Below, piece after piece: positions 1 to 13,788 of a stretch of 64,000 nt of DNA (positions are counted from its first letter, which is position 1; each line of letters starts with the position of its first letter). A program made the position numbers and the translations under genes. The DNA comes from the human T2T-CHM13v2.0 reference genome, Homo sapiens. The notes beneath the pieces were generated by a model, which was not told the origin of the DNA, did no database searches, and saw only the letters and a program-made list of their open reading frames with translations. The stretch lies in NCBI RefSeq assembly GCF_009914755.1, contig NC_060947.1. One strand, written 5' to 3'.

Positions 1-188
1 CTGCCTCAACCTCCCAAGTTGCTGGGATTACAGGCATGTACCACCACGCCCAGCTAATTTTGTATTTTTAGTAGAGATGGGATTTCTCCATGTTGGTCAA
101 GCTGGTCTCAAACTCCCAACCTCAGGTGACCAGCCTGCCTCGGCTTCCCAAAGTGCTGGGATTACAGGCATGAAACATTGTGCCCGGC
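1..188 (-). mobile_element. Alu (AluSp/Sq-like), cut by window edge, inserted in L1
   Basis: Reverse Alu: ttttgtatttttagtagagatggg...ctcaggtga...cccaaagtgctgggattacaggc...gcccggc. Confidence 0.95.
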
Positions 189-590
189 AGAACCAGCTTC
201 CTGTTTCACTTATTTTTGGCATTTTTTGTTTCAGTTTTATTTAATTCTGCTCTTTAATTTAATTCTTTTCTTATGCTGGATTGGTATTTGGTTTGTTCTT
301 GTTTCCCTAGTTCCTTGAGGAGTGAAATTAGGTTGTCTATTTGTGCTCTTTTACACTTTTTGATGTAGGCATTTAATGCTATGAACTTTCCTTTTAGCAC
401 CACTTTTGCTGTATGCCAGAGGTATTGGTAAGTTGTGTAACTATTATTATTCAGTTCAAAGAAGTTTTTAATTTTCATCCTGATTTCATTGTTAACCCCA
501 AGATCATTCAAGAGCAGATGAATTTCCATGTATTTGTATAGTTTTGAGGGTTCCTTTTGAAATTAATTTTCAGTTTTATTCCACTGTAGT
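189..590 (-). mobile_element. L1 (L1PB-like) ORF2 fragment, non-inverted part of a 5'-inverted insertion
   Basis: ORF 254..529 translates to L1 ORF2p motifs ([28 protein letters not shown]). Confidence 0.9.
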
Positions 591-1810
591 ATGAAAAATT
601 AATTGAGGAAAAATGCACTGGCCTTGCTAGAGATTTAGACATCTAAATACAAGTAGCTCAAAAACTTCCTGTAAAATTTATCACAAAAAGATCATCGCCT
701 GGGCACATACTCATCAGGTTATCTAAAGTCAAGACAAAGGAAATAATCTTAAGAGTGATGAGAAAAAAGCATCTAGAAACCTATAAAGAAAAACCCTTCA
801 GATTAGCAGCAGATTTCTCAGCAGAAACCTTACAAGCCAAAAGGAATTAGGGTCCTATCTTAGTCTCCTTAAACAAAATAATTGTCAGCCAAGAATTCTG
901 TGTCCATCAAAACTAAGCTTCATAAATGATAGATAAAGTCTTTTTCGAACAAGCGAATGCTGAGATAATTTGCCCCTACCAAATTCAAGAAATGCTAAAA
1001 AGAGTTCTAAATCTTGAAACAAAACTTCAAAACACACCAAAATAGAAACCTCATTGAAGCATAAATTTCACAGGGCCTATAAAATGATAACACCATTAAA
1101 AAAAAGGTATTTAGGCAACAACTAAGATGATGAATAGAACAGTATCTCACATATCAATACTAATGTTGAATGTAAATGGCCTAAATGTTCTACTTAATAG
1201 GTACAGAATGGCAGAATGAATAAAATCCACGATCACAATATCTGCTGTGTTCAAGAGACTTGCCAAACACATAAATACTCACATAAACTTAAGGTAAAGG
1301 AGTAGAAAAAGATATTCCATGCAAATGGAAAGGAAAAGCAAGCAGGAGTAGTTATTCTTATATAAGATAAAACAGACTTTAAAGCAACAACAATAAAAAA
1401 AGGTCAAAGAAGGACATTATATAATGATAAAAGGATTAGTTCAACAGGAAACCATCAGTGTCTTAAATATATATGCACCTAACACTGGAGCTCCCAAATT
1501 CATGAAGCAATTACTACTAGACTTAAAAAATGAGATAGGCAGCAGCACAATAACAGTGGGGGACTTCCAGTGACAGCACTAGACAGGTCATCAAGACAGA
1601 AAGTCAACAACAACAACAAAATGCCCAGAAACTATACCCTAGAACAAATGGACCTAACAGATATTTACAGAACATTCTGCCCAACAACTGAAGATTATGC
1701 ATTATTTTCATCAGCATATGAAACATTCTCCAAGATAGACCATATTAAAGGCCACAAAACAAGTCTCAATGAATTTAAGAAAATTGTAATCATATCAAGT
1801 ATCTTCTCAG
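591..1810 (+). mobile_element. L1 (L1PB-like) ORF1 3' half, spacer and ORF2 endonuclease domain; inverted 5' part
   Basis: gcagatttctcagcagaaacc (ORF1); aatgtaaatggcctaaat, tatatgcacctaacactggagc, and ALDRSSRQK/MDLTDIYRTF/FSKIDH (endonuclease). Confidence 0.92.
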
Positions 1811-1899
1811 CACACCTTTTACTGTAGCTATTGCTTTGGCAATTGGTTTAATGCAGTTGTAACCTAATAGTATTTTGTTTCAGCTGAACCAAATACCTC

Positions 1900-2340
1900 T
1901 TGCTTTCTGTCCCCACACTTCCCTGATGCCTCTAAAAAGGGAGACCTACAGAAACCTAACCAGCAAAATGTGTGTACACATGGGTAACTTGGAAGTGAAA
2001 GGGAGTTAATACCTTCATGGGGCATACTTTGACCAACAGAAGTTGGTGGATAAATGTTCTCATCTTCTGGCATTTGAGAGGATAATTGTGCATGGTGTGA
2101 CCTTTAGAAGAACAATTCTACATGGCTCCACAGAAGAGACTGATAGACACAAGCCTCAGTTTTTCACAGGGTTGATCATTTTGAAAAATATACCCTTGAA
2201 TTAGTTTCCTCCTTTTCTCTGTTACATTCTAACTGGTGTCCCTCTGCTCTTTTCTAAAATTTGCCTTCCAAAATAAATTGCCTATATGCTAGGCTTTGTC
2301 TTAGCCTCTGTTTTTTGGGTGAAAACTCAGACTAAGACAT
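1900..2340 (+). mobile_element. LTR16-like solo LTR (ERVL)
   Basis: gggagttaatacc...tttgaccaa...gttggtggataaat and terminus ctcagactaagaca resemble LTR16A; start approximate. Confidence 0.6.
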
Positions 2341-2615
2341 ATTTTATACTCTACTGTTTTATATTTTTCTCTTTTCTCTGCTGTGAATCCCATCTGTATT
2401 CCTATGCTTTCAATTTTCACCTCTATCTCTGCTTCCTATAATCCACTTAGGTCATTGTCTGTCTGTGCTATTTTTGCTGATGTTGTTACTTCTTTCAAGG
2501 TTTTGTTCAAATGTAACTTCCCTTATGAAGTTTTCCTCACTCTTCTGATTTGTAATTGAGTTCAGGATTATTCATGTCTGTTTTCCTCCAGCTCCTTTTA
2601 AAATGCTCTGGACAC

Positions 2616-3499
2616 AGTAAAAGACTGAATACATAAATGGACAATGGCCAGTTTATAAACCAAAAGGAAACTCTCACCTGAAATTTGCAACAGCCAGTCC
2701 AGGAAAACACCTCACTGCCTTCAACAGCCAATCCAAAAAGTCAAACCACTATCTGCAGCAACCAGTCCTAGAAGCCAACAGCAACTCCTGTAGCAATCAG
2801 CCCCAAATGACCAGGACTTGATCAATAACTGACAGCTTTCCTAATTTTTGCCCTACTTCCATTTTAGAACCAAATGAAGAAAGCCAAATATGTTCCCCTA
2901 ACCAGTCACATATGATGGCCCCTCTTCTAGTTATCTCACCTACAGTCTCCAATCAGGGCGTAATTATAGCTATCATTTTACTTCCACTATTGAGTTTTAC
3001 CACTTTCCTACCTGTATTTGAGTCTCTATCAAACAAAAGAAGTGTTAGCAGCTGTCCATGTTGCTATAGCAAGTTCTATATATTAAGCATATTACAGATA
3101 AAATATTTGTGCCCCTCCCCAAATTCTTATGTTGAAACCTAATCCCCAAAATGATAGAATTTGGAGGTGGGGCCCTTGAGAAGTCATTGGGTCATGAGGG
3201 TGAAGCTCTCATGAGTGGGATTAGTGCCCATATTACAAAAGGCCAGAGAGCTAGCTTGTGCCTTTTCTGTTGTGTGAGGATACAATGAGAAGTCAGTAAT
3301 CTTCACCTTGAAGAGGGCTGTCACCAGAACTTGATCGTGTTGGCACCATGGTCATGGACATCCTGTCACCAGTTCTGGAAGACATAATCTCTGTGGTTGA
3401 TATGTCACCCAGTTTATGCAATTTTGTTATAGCAGCACTAACTGACTAAGACAAAGCCTTTGCTTGTTCTCATTTAGGTAGATTTTATTTATTTCCACA
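2616..3499 (+). mobile_element. ERV1-class solo LTR (MER31/MER67-like), split by an MLT1A
   Basis: ctgcagcaaccagtcc, ccaggacttgatcaataactgacagcttt, gaaagccaaatatgttcccctaacc; resumes at 3454 and ends ttatttccaca. Confidence 0.65.
3090..3453 (+). mobile_element. MLT1A-like MaLR solo LTR nested in the ERV1 LTR
   Basis: tatgttgaaacctaatcccc...ggaggtggggcc...tgttatagcagcactaactgactaagaca; 5-bp TSD aagca/aagcc. Confidence 0.85.
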
Positions 3500-4553
3500 G
3501 AGACAGTCACCAATTATTATTTGGTAAAATTATGAAATTTGCTAAAGGTATGATCAAAATTGTAAAGGGAAATTTATTGGTGCTTGGTTTAGAGTAGTGA
3601 TTTAGAAATGTGTAAAAGTGCTTCTTTTCATATCCTAAGTGAGACTCCACAGTAAAACAAGTTACATTAGCTAGTAATGTGATCTTGCAGAAAATGATTT
3701 GCTGACAGTATCATAAAGAGTTGCCTGCTTTAATATTTAGTGGAAATAATAGAGCACAAAATAATGTCCGGCTTTTGTGAGTGACCAACAAGTAGTCATA
3801 GTATGCCAGGATCTGGGGGTTCTGAGAGGGGACATGAGAACTCTAAAAGGAAGAAGAGATCAAGAAAGCATGCATGAAAGCTTCTTTTATGCAACATCGG
3901 CCAAAGGGTGACTTTGCTAAACAAAAATAGGGAAAAGGAAATTAAACCTCTACCACCTTTACATGAGAATCACATGTTTTGCTGGTTGTGAATATCTTAT
4001 TATGTAGAAAGAGGATTTTTTGCTTTATTTTGTTCAATAGAAACACATCTTCTCTACTGTTTCCTGGGAGTATATAGCTATATTACATATTTCTTCCAAA
4101 TTCTTTATAATTTCCAAGCTCCAGATTAAATTGTCTTTTGGAATTGCTGGTTTACTTGAATGCAGATTTTTAGTAAAGATATTTTATTTAGAAAGATAAA
4201 GTTTGGAAAGTACCTCTCTATTAAATACAGTCATAAAAATAATAATTTCATCTAGCACACTGGAACTTTGTTTCTACATTAAAATTGACTCTATAAAATC
4301 CCAAGTCCCTGTTTGGAGATATCTCACACAAGCTCCCACATTTACATTATTGTGTTTGAAAGAAAAGGGTGAGATATTTAAAAATTACTAGATCTTAAAT
4401 ATCTCAATGTCATAAATACTGTTTTAGTGATTGTACTTGATATTGATACCTCCAATTAAATTTTTAAAATAAGATTTCTTCAACTAATTTTCCTTCAGCT
4501 GTTATTAAGAGCAGGTAGAAATATTATTTAAGAAACTCTCCAGTCTTCAGTTT

Positions 4554-4858
<305 letters not shown>

Positions 4859-5455
4859 CAGTCTTCAGTTTGAACCTGACATTGGCATATAGTTTGAGGT
4901 ATTGAGAGAGTGCATTTTTGTTTTAAAAGATATTTATAACCATCAGACCTGGACAGAAAATTAAGCAGTAAACTCACTGCCAGAAAGAACACATACACAG
5001 GAGCCTTTTCCCATCATTCTATTGCTGTGGTTCTATAACCAGTGTTTGAACATAGGATAAACCTCTTTGCAATCTTCAGTGACTATTTCCACATTCACAC
5101 ATCAGAGGACAAAATGTAAAACTGACATCTTGTCATCTCTTGATTCAATGTACAAATGAGAAGTAATATTGACTTAGAGGCTTAAAAGCAAATGAGAATT
5201 TACCCAGCAAGTTCAAACCTGTGTTCCCACTCAACACAGCTGTTTTTCCAACTTTGCAATGAGGAAAACCTAAGCATGATCAAGAGTCCATTGTGAAGTA
5301 AAATACCATTTGTAAATTATTTTCCTAAAGTGTTAGTGCAATGTTTCCCAAAGTGCTTATTTCCTTTTATGTAAGGAACATAAAGGAAATAGAAAAGTTT
5401 AGAGGTTTATTAGTACTACATATTCAGAAATAAAATTGCTTACACATTTTTCTGC

Positions 5456-5496
5456 TTAATTTTATCTGTGTTTAATTTTATCTGTGTTTATCTGTG
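5456..5496. repeat. Short tandem duplication (ttaattttatctgtgt x2.5)
   Basis: Read directly. Confidence 0.8.
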
Positions 5497-5728
5497 CTGC
5501 TTACTTCTTATTTGTACTTTCTTAATGAATTCTACACATTTCTTAATAAAATATAATAATAGCCAACATTTACTGACTAAAACTTTACATTTTTTCAATT
5601 AATCTAATTTAAAAAATTAATAGACATGCTATTTAGTGGATTGAAGGCAGGAAGCCTTGGAATGACTTAAATTTGCAATATGTTAAAACTGGTAAATTGA
5701 CTGTTATTACATAATGGAGTACAGGGAA

Positions 5729-5970
5729 AGCAGAATAGCATAGTGGTTTAAAAGCTCAAACTGGTATGAAATTATCTGTATTCAAATCTTGACTATACCA
5801 TTTACTGGATAAATTAATTTGAGCTTGTTATCATCCTTTTCTTTATTCTTTGCTTTTCTCATCAGTAAAATAGGGATGATAAAAATAATAGTAAGATAGA
5901 GTTTTTGCAAAGATTAAATATATTAAAGCTTATTCAGCTTAGAACATTTCCCAGCATATAGTAAGTGCTT
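5729..5970 (+). mobile_element. MIR SINE
   Basis: agcatagtggttta, ttcaaatcttgact, ttctcatcagtaaaatagggatgata, agcatatagtaagtgct. Confidence 0.85.
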
Positions 5971-6959
5971 TCTTAGGACTAGGTCTTAAAATTCTTTGAT
6001 TTAGTTAAATTTCTATATGATCCAGTTAGGTGTGCATCATTTACCAGCTGCATACGTCTCTTCATGCTTCAGTAAGGTGTGTTGCAGATGGCTACTGATA
6101 ATTGCATGGCACTGCAGACATAAGCAATACAAATAATGGATAAATCAGTGAAAATTAAATTCTGCTTCCAGAAATAATTTAAACTGACCTGCTAAAATAT
6201 CTTAATTGTCTTTATGCAAAGGACAGTGGTTCAGCAAACTATTGGTTACTAGAATTCTATGGCAATTCTAAGAATCTGAAAAACATTTGATTCATTCTAT
6301 GCATACGATTCCTAGCACTGAAGTTTATTTCTTCCATAATGTCAAACATATGTTTAATAAAGAGAGGATTGCCTATTCTGTCAGAAACATTTGACAATGT
6401 TTGCAGCAAGTTGTACTGGTTCTATGACTAACTCTTCATTCTAAAGTTGCTCTCAACTTTTCTCAGAATATCTCTATTTTTGTCCCAGAAGTCAGAGATT
6501 CGAAAAAGAAAACACAATTTCTATTACTGGTAGTAAAATATTAATTAGATTGTCATATTATTTCTGCCACTCAATAGTATGAGACTTACCAATAGTAGAA
6601 ATAATACTTTTAGGGGATAAAATAGAATATGTAAGAAAGGACATTCATAAATTTACTGTTTTATTTCTTGGCAAGTAAGCAAGAGGTATATAAAAATTAA
6701 CATATAACTCTTTTAAATAAAGGCTGAGAAGAGTCAAGAAAAATTAAATTTATATTTGAAAAGTGACGTTCACTAATTATATTGAGGTGTCCTTCACCCT
6801 GTCCTCTCTGGCTTCTAATCAAGCTCCCAGATCTTCACTATTTTAAACCCTGGTGAATGATTATTCTTATGCTGTTCATATTGAGATTTTCATTGTTGTT
6901 GTATATCACCCATATCTTCCTTCTATACATGAAAATTATTCCACCAAATCTCCACTGAG

Positions 6960-7732
6960 AAGCACATAAAATGATGTTAAGCTTCATTAGCCATTGGGGA
7001 AATGGAGAGCTGTGATGAGCTACCTTTACAGACTTATTGGAATCTCCTCCCAAAATGATCGAACCATAAGCTGGTGAGGATGGAGAACAACAAGAATTCT
7101 CACTCATTGTTGGTTGGAATGCAAAATGAAATAGCCACTCTGGAAATGGTTTGGCAATTTCTTTCATAGTTAAACGTACATTGGCTGTGTGACCCAGCAA
7201 TCCCATCATTAGCGTATACTGAAGTGAAATGAAAACTAATGTTTATACTACCCATCTGTGAATGCTTATAGCAGCTCTAATTACTAATGCCAAAACTTGT
7301 AAACAACAAATGTCCTTCAATGGGTGAATGGGTAACCTAGTACATGTGTACAATGGAATGCTATAAAGCAATATATAATAATGAACAATTGATACATGAA
7401 ACAACTTGCATGAACTTCAAAGACATTATGCAGAGTGAAAGAAGACAGTATCAAAAAGTTACAAACTGCAGGACTCTACTTATATGGCATTCTCAAAAAC
7501 CAAAGCTATTGGGACAGAGAACAGATCAGTGTTTGCCAGAGATTAGGGGCAAGGAGGAGGGTATCACTGTAAAGGGATAGGATGAGATAGTTTTGGGGAT
7601 GACAGAACTGTCTATTCTGATTATGGTGTTGCACAAATCTATCCATTTATTAAAATCCATAGGAGTGTACACCAACCGAAACAAATATTCAAATTTACTG
7701 TACAGTAATTTGAAAAATAAAGTAATAAAAAA
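6960..7732 (+). mobile_element. Old L1 (L1MC/MD/ME-type) 3' end
   Basis: ctcactcattgttggttggaatgcaaaatg, gacccagcaatccca, agatcagtgtttgccaga; A-rich end. Confidence 0.85.
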
Positions 7733-9052
7733 CCCTCCCAGTCTCTGATAACCTCCATTCTGGTTGTAAAAGAAAAAAAAACTCTTCTAAGGTATGGATA
7801 ATTGTTTTAAGGTATAGCAAAAAAAAAAAATTTGCCCTTCCAAATTTCATCTTAATTTTAAAAATAAGTTGCTAACACAAAATAATACATTCATAAAGAC
7901 AATATTTCAGTGAGATAGTGGTTTCCACATAGAAGAAACAAGCTGACCTAGAGGACGTCAGAAGTTACTCATGATCCTAAGGGTCCAGAAGCCCCAGAAG
8001 TCTTCTGGCTCTCTGCTTGCTCTTTGATAATCCCTTCCCCAGATTGTCATAGCTTTTCCAGCTTCTAAAGATACTCATCCCTTGTTAACTCCCTGTATCA
8101 AATCCCAGGCTGATATGCAGCTTGAAACAATGACAGGAACAGTTTCCGAGCGGCCCCATTCTTTCTGTTGAAAAGAATGTGCAGGCTATAATTTAAACTG
8201 ATTACCTACCTTCCTTAAATATACAAGGAATAAATTATCCTTTTGCATATTGTTTTTTATCTCAGTCACAACCAAAAGTCCAAGCTTTTCAAAATGCTCT
8301 CAAGCTCTCCCCACATGCTTCTATCTGTATATCTCCTAAATTAGCCCAACTCTTAACCTTCTATGTATGCCTTTCTACTGTGACTTTGGAACACGCTTTG
8401 ATCAACATTCCCCATATTAAGCCACAATTTTTTCTTTATTTGTTTTCCTCCTTTGTCTAAGCTAGTTAAACCTGTTACTGGAAGAAACACCCTACTCCCT
8501 CCACAGGCTTCTTAAGTGAGTGCTATTTTCCTTTCTCACTCCACATACCTCAGAGCCTGGAGGTGGACTCAGTGAATTCCTTGTTTCCCAATATTAGTTC
8601 CAAACTCCTTTTCTTTACATCCTGAACTCCTAGACATTTTTCTTCAATGGAACTGGATCATAGTCTTCCTTTTTACCCTTATTCCAATCACCATTCATAG
8701 TGATTTCAACTTTCGTGCAGATAATCCAGCCAATACCCTGGCTTCTCAGTGTTCTTGGCTTCCTAAATTCCAAGGATTATTTTCTCCACCCACACTCTAG
8801 CCACCATTTTCAAAAATATCTTTGACAAGTATTTAGTTCTTTTTTATGATATTAGCTTACTTACTTTAGTATATCCCACACCTACAGTTCTTTGACTCTA
8901 TTGGTGCCTCCAATTCACTGATTCTAACACAGTGTTAATATTCATCTATCTCTGAACCACCCTTACTTTCTTCCCTATGTAGGTTGGATTGTATGTTCCA
9001 GTGTTGTTATCACTTGTTTGCAGAATCTCCCTTCCTTCTCATTTCTTGATCA

Positions 9053-9090
9053 TATTCATCCAACTTAACCCTATTCATCCAACTTAACCT
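9053..9090. repeat. 19-bp tandem duplication (tattcatccaacttaaccY x2)
   Basis: Read directly. Confidence 0.9.
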
Positions 9091-9203
9091 TAACTCTCAT
9101 TGAATTTAATTATTTACACAATTCATGGATACACCTGAATAACTGGCTTTTGCTGTATAAAAGTCAAACTATCATGGTGACTAGTTTCACTTTACATTCA
9201 TGA

Positions 9204-9582
<379 letters not shown>

Positions 9583-10814
9583 CTGTGTCTTTATTTTATG
9601 ATTTCATCTAATTATTTATAGGAAAAGTTAAAGCAATCAGATGAGCACTGACACATCTCCCTACCATACTCACCAATGCATTGCATCTCTTTACAATTAC
9701 TCAGCCTCCCCTCTTGTTACAATGAAATATATATCCCGGCTTCTATCTAAGGGCACTCTACTTCCATTTTGCATTTTATATCATTTGACTAGGGTCATCA
9801 TAGTTACTTATATTCTTAGGAAAAATGTACCACTCTTTTACCTGCCTAAATATTAAAAGCTTACCCTGTTCATTTATCTCTTAATAGTTTCCCAGTCTTG
9901 ATGACAAAGTTATATGTTAACCCTGTCTTTTCTATCCTACAAAAGGTCTTTACTTGTATAGTCATCAATTTCTCACTACTGGCTAGGCAATTCTCAGTAG
10001 CTTACAAAAATTGTCATTAACATTTTTCCATATTTAAAAGCCTGGTGTTGATTTCATCCTGTCCTCCAGCTTCTATACCTTGTCTGTCTTCTCTATCACA
10101 GCAAAATATTTTTAAAGATTTTCAAAAATGTTGTCTCCACTTCCTCATTTTCATTACATTTTTATCCAGCCACATGAATGAGTGTCAGGTTGCCAAACAC
10201 AATGATCAATTATCTTTTCTCATCTTACTCAATCTTTACATGGTCTCTGAAAATACATTATTTCCATGGTTTCTGTGACATGACATTGTTCTAATTGTCT
10301 TCCTACCTCAGTAGCCAGCCTATCTTAGTCTTTTGATTCTAGTTCCTTCCTCTCTGTTTGATGTCTAAATGTTGGAGTATCCCATAGCTCAAAACTGGTC
10401 CTTCTTCACCTTTTTTCTATTTCCTAGGATACCTTATTTAATTTTATTAATTCAAATATCATTGGTATGCTAATGAAATTATAATACCAGCCTTACCGCT
10501 AATGAGCTAATTACTTGTTTTGTATGTCTACAGCATGTCAAATTAAGCAGGTCAAAGACAAAACTCATAGTTCCTTCTCCCAAACATAGTCTTTATATAG
10601 TATTTGTTATGTGAATAAATGACAACTCCAACCAATTGTTTGGGTTAATGTTCAATATGTCCTTTATGATTCATGATTCTTTTTTTTTTTCAACCTTCCA
10701 AGTCATAATATTCTACCTTCAAAATATATTCTGCATAAGGATTACCATCACTTCTAACAGCTGAAAGTTACCATGGACAGTTGATTCTTTCTCCTGCTAC
10801 AGTACTCTATCCTG

Positions 10815-11013
10815 CCATTACATTTCACTTATAAGGACCCTGTGATTATGTTTGGCCCATCAGACAATGTAGGATAATCTTGGCATCTCAATATCTTTAA
10901 CTTTATTCACACCCGCAAATACCATTTTGCCTTTGAAGGCACCATATACACAAATTCTGGAAATTAGAAAGTGAACAACTTGGTGAAGCAGAGAGGCATT
11001 ATTCTACCTTCCC
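10815..11013 (-). mobile_element. MLT1 (D/E-like) LTR fragment
   Basis: ataaggaccctgtgattat, ggataatct..catctcaa, ggcattattctacct. Confidence 0.7.
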
Positions 11014-11134
11014 AAGTGCTTGGGAGTTTTTCAAGATTCAGTGCATAGGAAAGATAGAAGGAATAGAAGGAGTATGTGATCAGAACTCAGAGGAGATTTA
11101 CATAGATGTGTTAAAAAAGAGCCACTTCAGAAAG

Positions 11135-11557
11135 GGCATCTTGGAGAACATTATGCTAAGTGAAATAAGTTGGCACAGAAAGAAATATGGCATAATCTCA
11201 CTTCTATGTGAAATATAAAAAAGAAAAACCAATAAAGTAGAAAAATAGTGGTTACCAGGGGCTTGGGGTGGGGGATGGATAGGGAATGGGGAGATGTTGA
11301 TTAAAGGGTACACAAGGAGTAAGTGCTAGTGATCTACTGCACAGAATGATGATTATAATAAGTAATGAGGCCTTCTCTATTTCAAAATTTCTAAAAGAAT
11401 ACATTTTAAATGTTTTAACCACAAAAAATGATAAGTATGTTAGGTAATGGATTTGTTAATTAGTTTGATTTAGTCACTCCACAATGTAAACATATATCAA
11501 ACCATTACATAGTACCCCATAAATATATACAATTGTCAATTAAAACAAAATTAAAGA
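11135..11557 (+). mobile_element. L1MA 3' end
   Basis: acattatgctaagtgaaataag, accacaaaaaatgataagtatg, gtaccccataaatatatacaatt. Confidence 0.9.
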
Positions 11558-13051
11558 GAAATAGCATCCCTTTTTCTAAATATAGAGGGATAAAATGATA
11601 AGTGTAGAGACAGATATATCCTGAAGAGAGGATGTGCTTCTCTTCAAGAACTTCACAAAGTTTTTATACTACATATTATAAATTATGTGTATACATGTAT
11701 ATTTGTATATATGTATGCTGTGTGTAATTAAAGAAGAGTTTTTTTAATGTATAACTAGTAGCTTGAAATCACAGAAGATGGCTTGGAAAAGTTAACAAGT
11801 TAAATCAATGAGGAAAACATAGTAGTAATTCTAAGTTAGAACATTAATTTTAGTGGTCCAAATCTGCACAGAGATAAAATTTTCTCTAGCAAAGTTATGC
11901 AACACTGACATAAAAAAAATACATGATTTATCAAGAATGGAGTTTGATGTTGAGGATTAAGGGCTATAGCAGAGAAATTTGTTGAGGGAGTATAGAGCAG
12001 TGAAGAAAGCATTAAGTATCTGGAAATGTTACAAGTGAGATAAGAGTGGGGTCATACTTTGATGATATTATTCAGTGCTTAATACTGATATTACCTAGTA
12101 TAAGTCACCCTGTTGGGGCATGTAAGCTAAGTCCATACATAGTGCATTCATATATGAATGTATAAGTTAAGTATTTGCAACTATATTTACAGAATAATGG
12201 TGTAATATTTTAATTATACTTTAAATATTTAACTGTTTCTAAAGTTATATTGCAAAAATATTCAAATATAATGTATTTTGATTGATTTTCCACAGTGTAT
12301 TTACCATAATCTTTGAACTAGACATTTGTGTAGATGTCAGTAAAAGGTGAGGATATTTAATAGAATTCTCTGTTAAATGGGTCACAAATTATCTCTATAA
12401 ATTGTTGACATTTTCAAAATTGAAGTCAAACTTAGATATCTACATAAACACAAAAATCAGTTACTCAATTAAAAGTGTTTAATTTTGTACAATAATACAA
12501 TAACCTACCTGTGTTAATAAAATTGGTGTAATGTTAAATACCTTAAATAGAAACATGACAATGGAGTTAGTTTTTTCAACGAATATTCTTCTAAAACAGA
12601 CCTTAAATTTCCAAAATAATAAAATTATCATTTTTACATAATGAATGATGACTGAAGTCATCAGCCTGCACACAATGAATACACAGAATGTCTAAACTGT
12701 TTAATAAACAAAAGATTACAATATATTTGGGCTATGTTTACATGACATCAAATGAGGCACTTAATTTAGTTAAACTATTATTTTTGTTTGTTTGTTTTTC
12801 TTAAATTTTTATTTATTTATTTTTGGTCAAGCTGTAATTGGAGAAAAATTTGTTAAATGTCTTGATTGGTATTGTTAGTTCAAACAGGAACTCGGTAGAC
12901 ATAATAAATATTATTTATTAACTTTTAATTAAATATTTAATTAGCTTTTAACTTAATTGCATTTGTATTGTGAAGATACTCCTAAGAGTAATAATTAAAA
13001 TCGTTTTTGTTTCTAAACAATTATTGGCCATTTGTCAAAGGGTAAAACAGT

Positions 13052-13220
13052 CATTCATTCAGCAGTCAATCGGTTATTCAACAAATATTGTTGAGGTCCT
13101 GCAAAGTCCCAAGCATTCTTCCTGTTTTAAGGCTATAGCAGCAAGTACAGAAAGAAAAAAAAATCAAAGTCCCTGCCTTCAGGAGGCTGACATTCTAATG
13201 GGGTACAGACAAAACAAACA
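13052..13220 (-). mobile_element. L2 3' end
   Basis: cattcattca...ttcaacaaatatt, aaagtccctgccttcaggaggctgacattctaatgggg. Confidence 0.8.
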
Positions 13221-13738
13221 ATATACTCACTTCTCTTCTGTAGCCAGAATTTATAACATAGACTAAATTGCTTTACTCTAAGTCTCTCAAGTATTTTCTT
13301 CTTCCTTGTATTAAAAATTTCAAAATACTATCAAAACAGTTTAACTAGGGCATAGTAGACATGTATATGTTGAAAATAACATATGTGGCAATATATTATA
13401 GACAGTAGTGATTTTCATATTTTCAGTTCTATCAATTCGAAAGTGAACCTGAAAACTTTAACACATAGCTATGTAGTCATTTGTCATTTTACGGAGATAC
13501 GAATTTGAATTATAGTTAACATGAAGCTGGTGTATACTAGTGAACCTATTAGCTTATATCCTCATCTCACATGTATCATGAGAGTAAAGAGATGATAATG
13601 ACAGAAAGTTATACCTAAAATTATGCCATTTGCTAATATTACTGATGAAAGTGAAGATAGTAAATAATATGTTTGCTTTTTTTGCAGAAAAAGTAAATTA
13701 TTAAAACATTAAGGAGCAATATGATAAATTTGACAGTG

Positions 13739-13742
<4 letters not shown>

Positions 13743-13785
<43 letters not shown>
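13743..13785. repeat. (TA)21 microsatellite
   Basis: Perfect TA run. Confidence 0.98.

Positions 13786-13788
<3 letters not shown>

Noticed and set aside
12902-12943. Two adjacent AT-only palindromes (taataaata-t-tatttatta; taattaaatatttaatta)
   Set aside because: Two-letter low-complexity sequence; chance expectation is high.
13670-13700. tttgcag-aaaaa-gtaaat, a possible 5-nt micro-exon
   Set aside because: Weak donor, frame-shifting, common by chance in AT-rich DNA.
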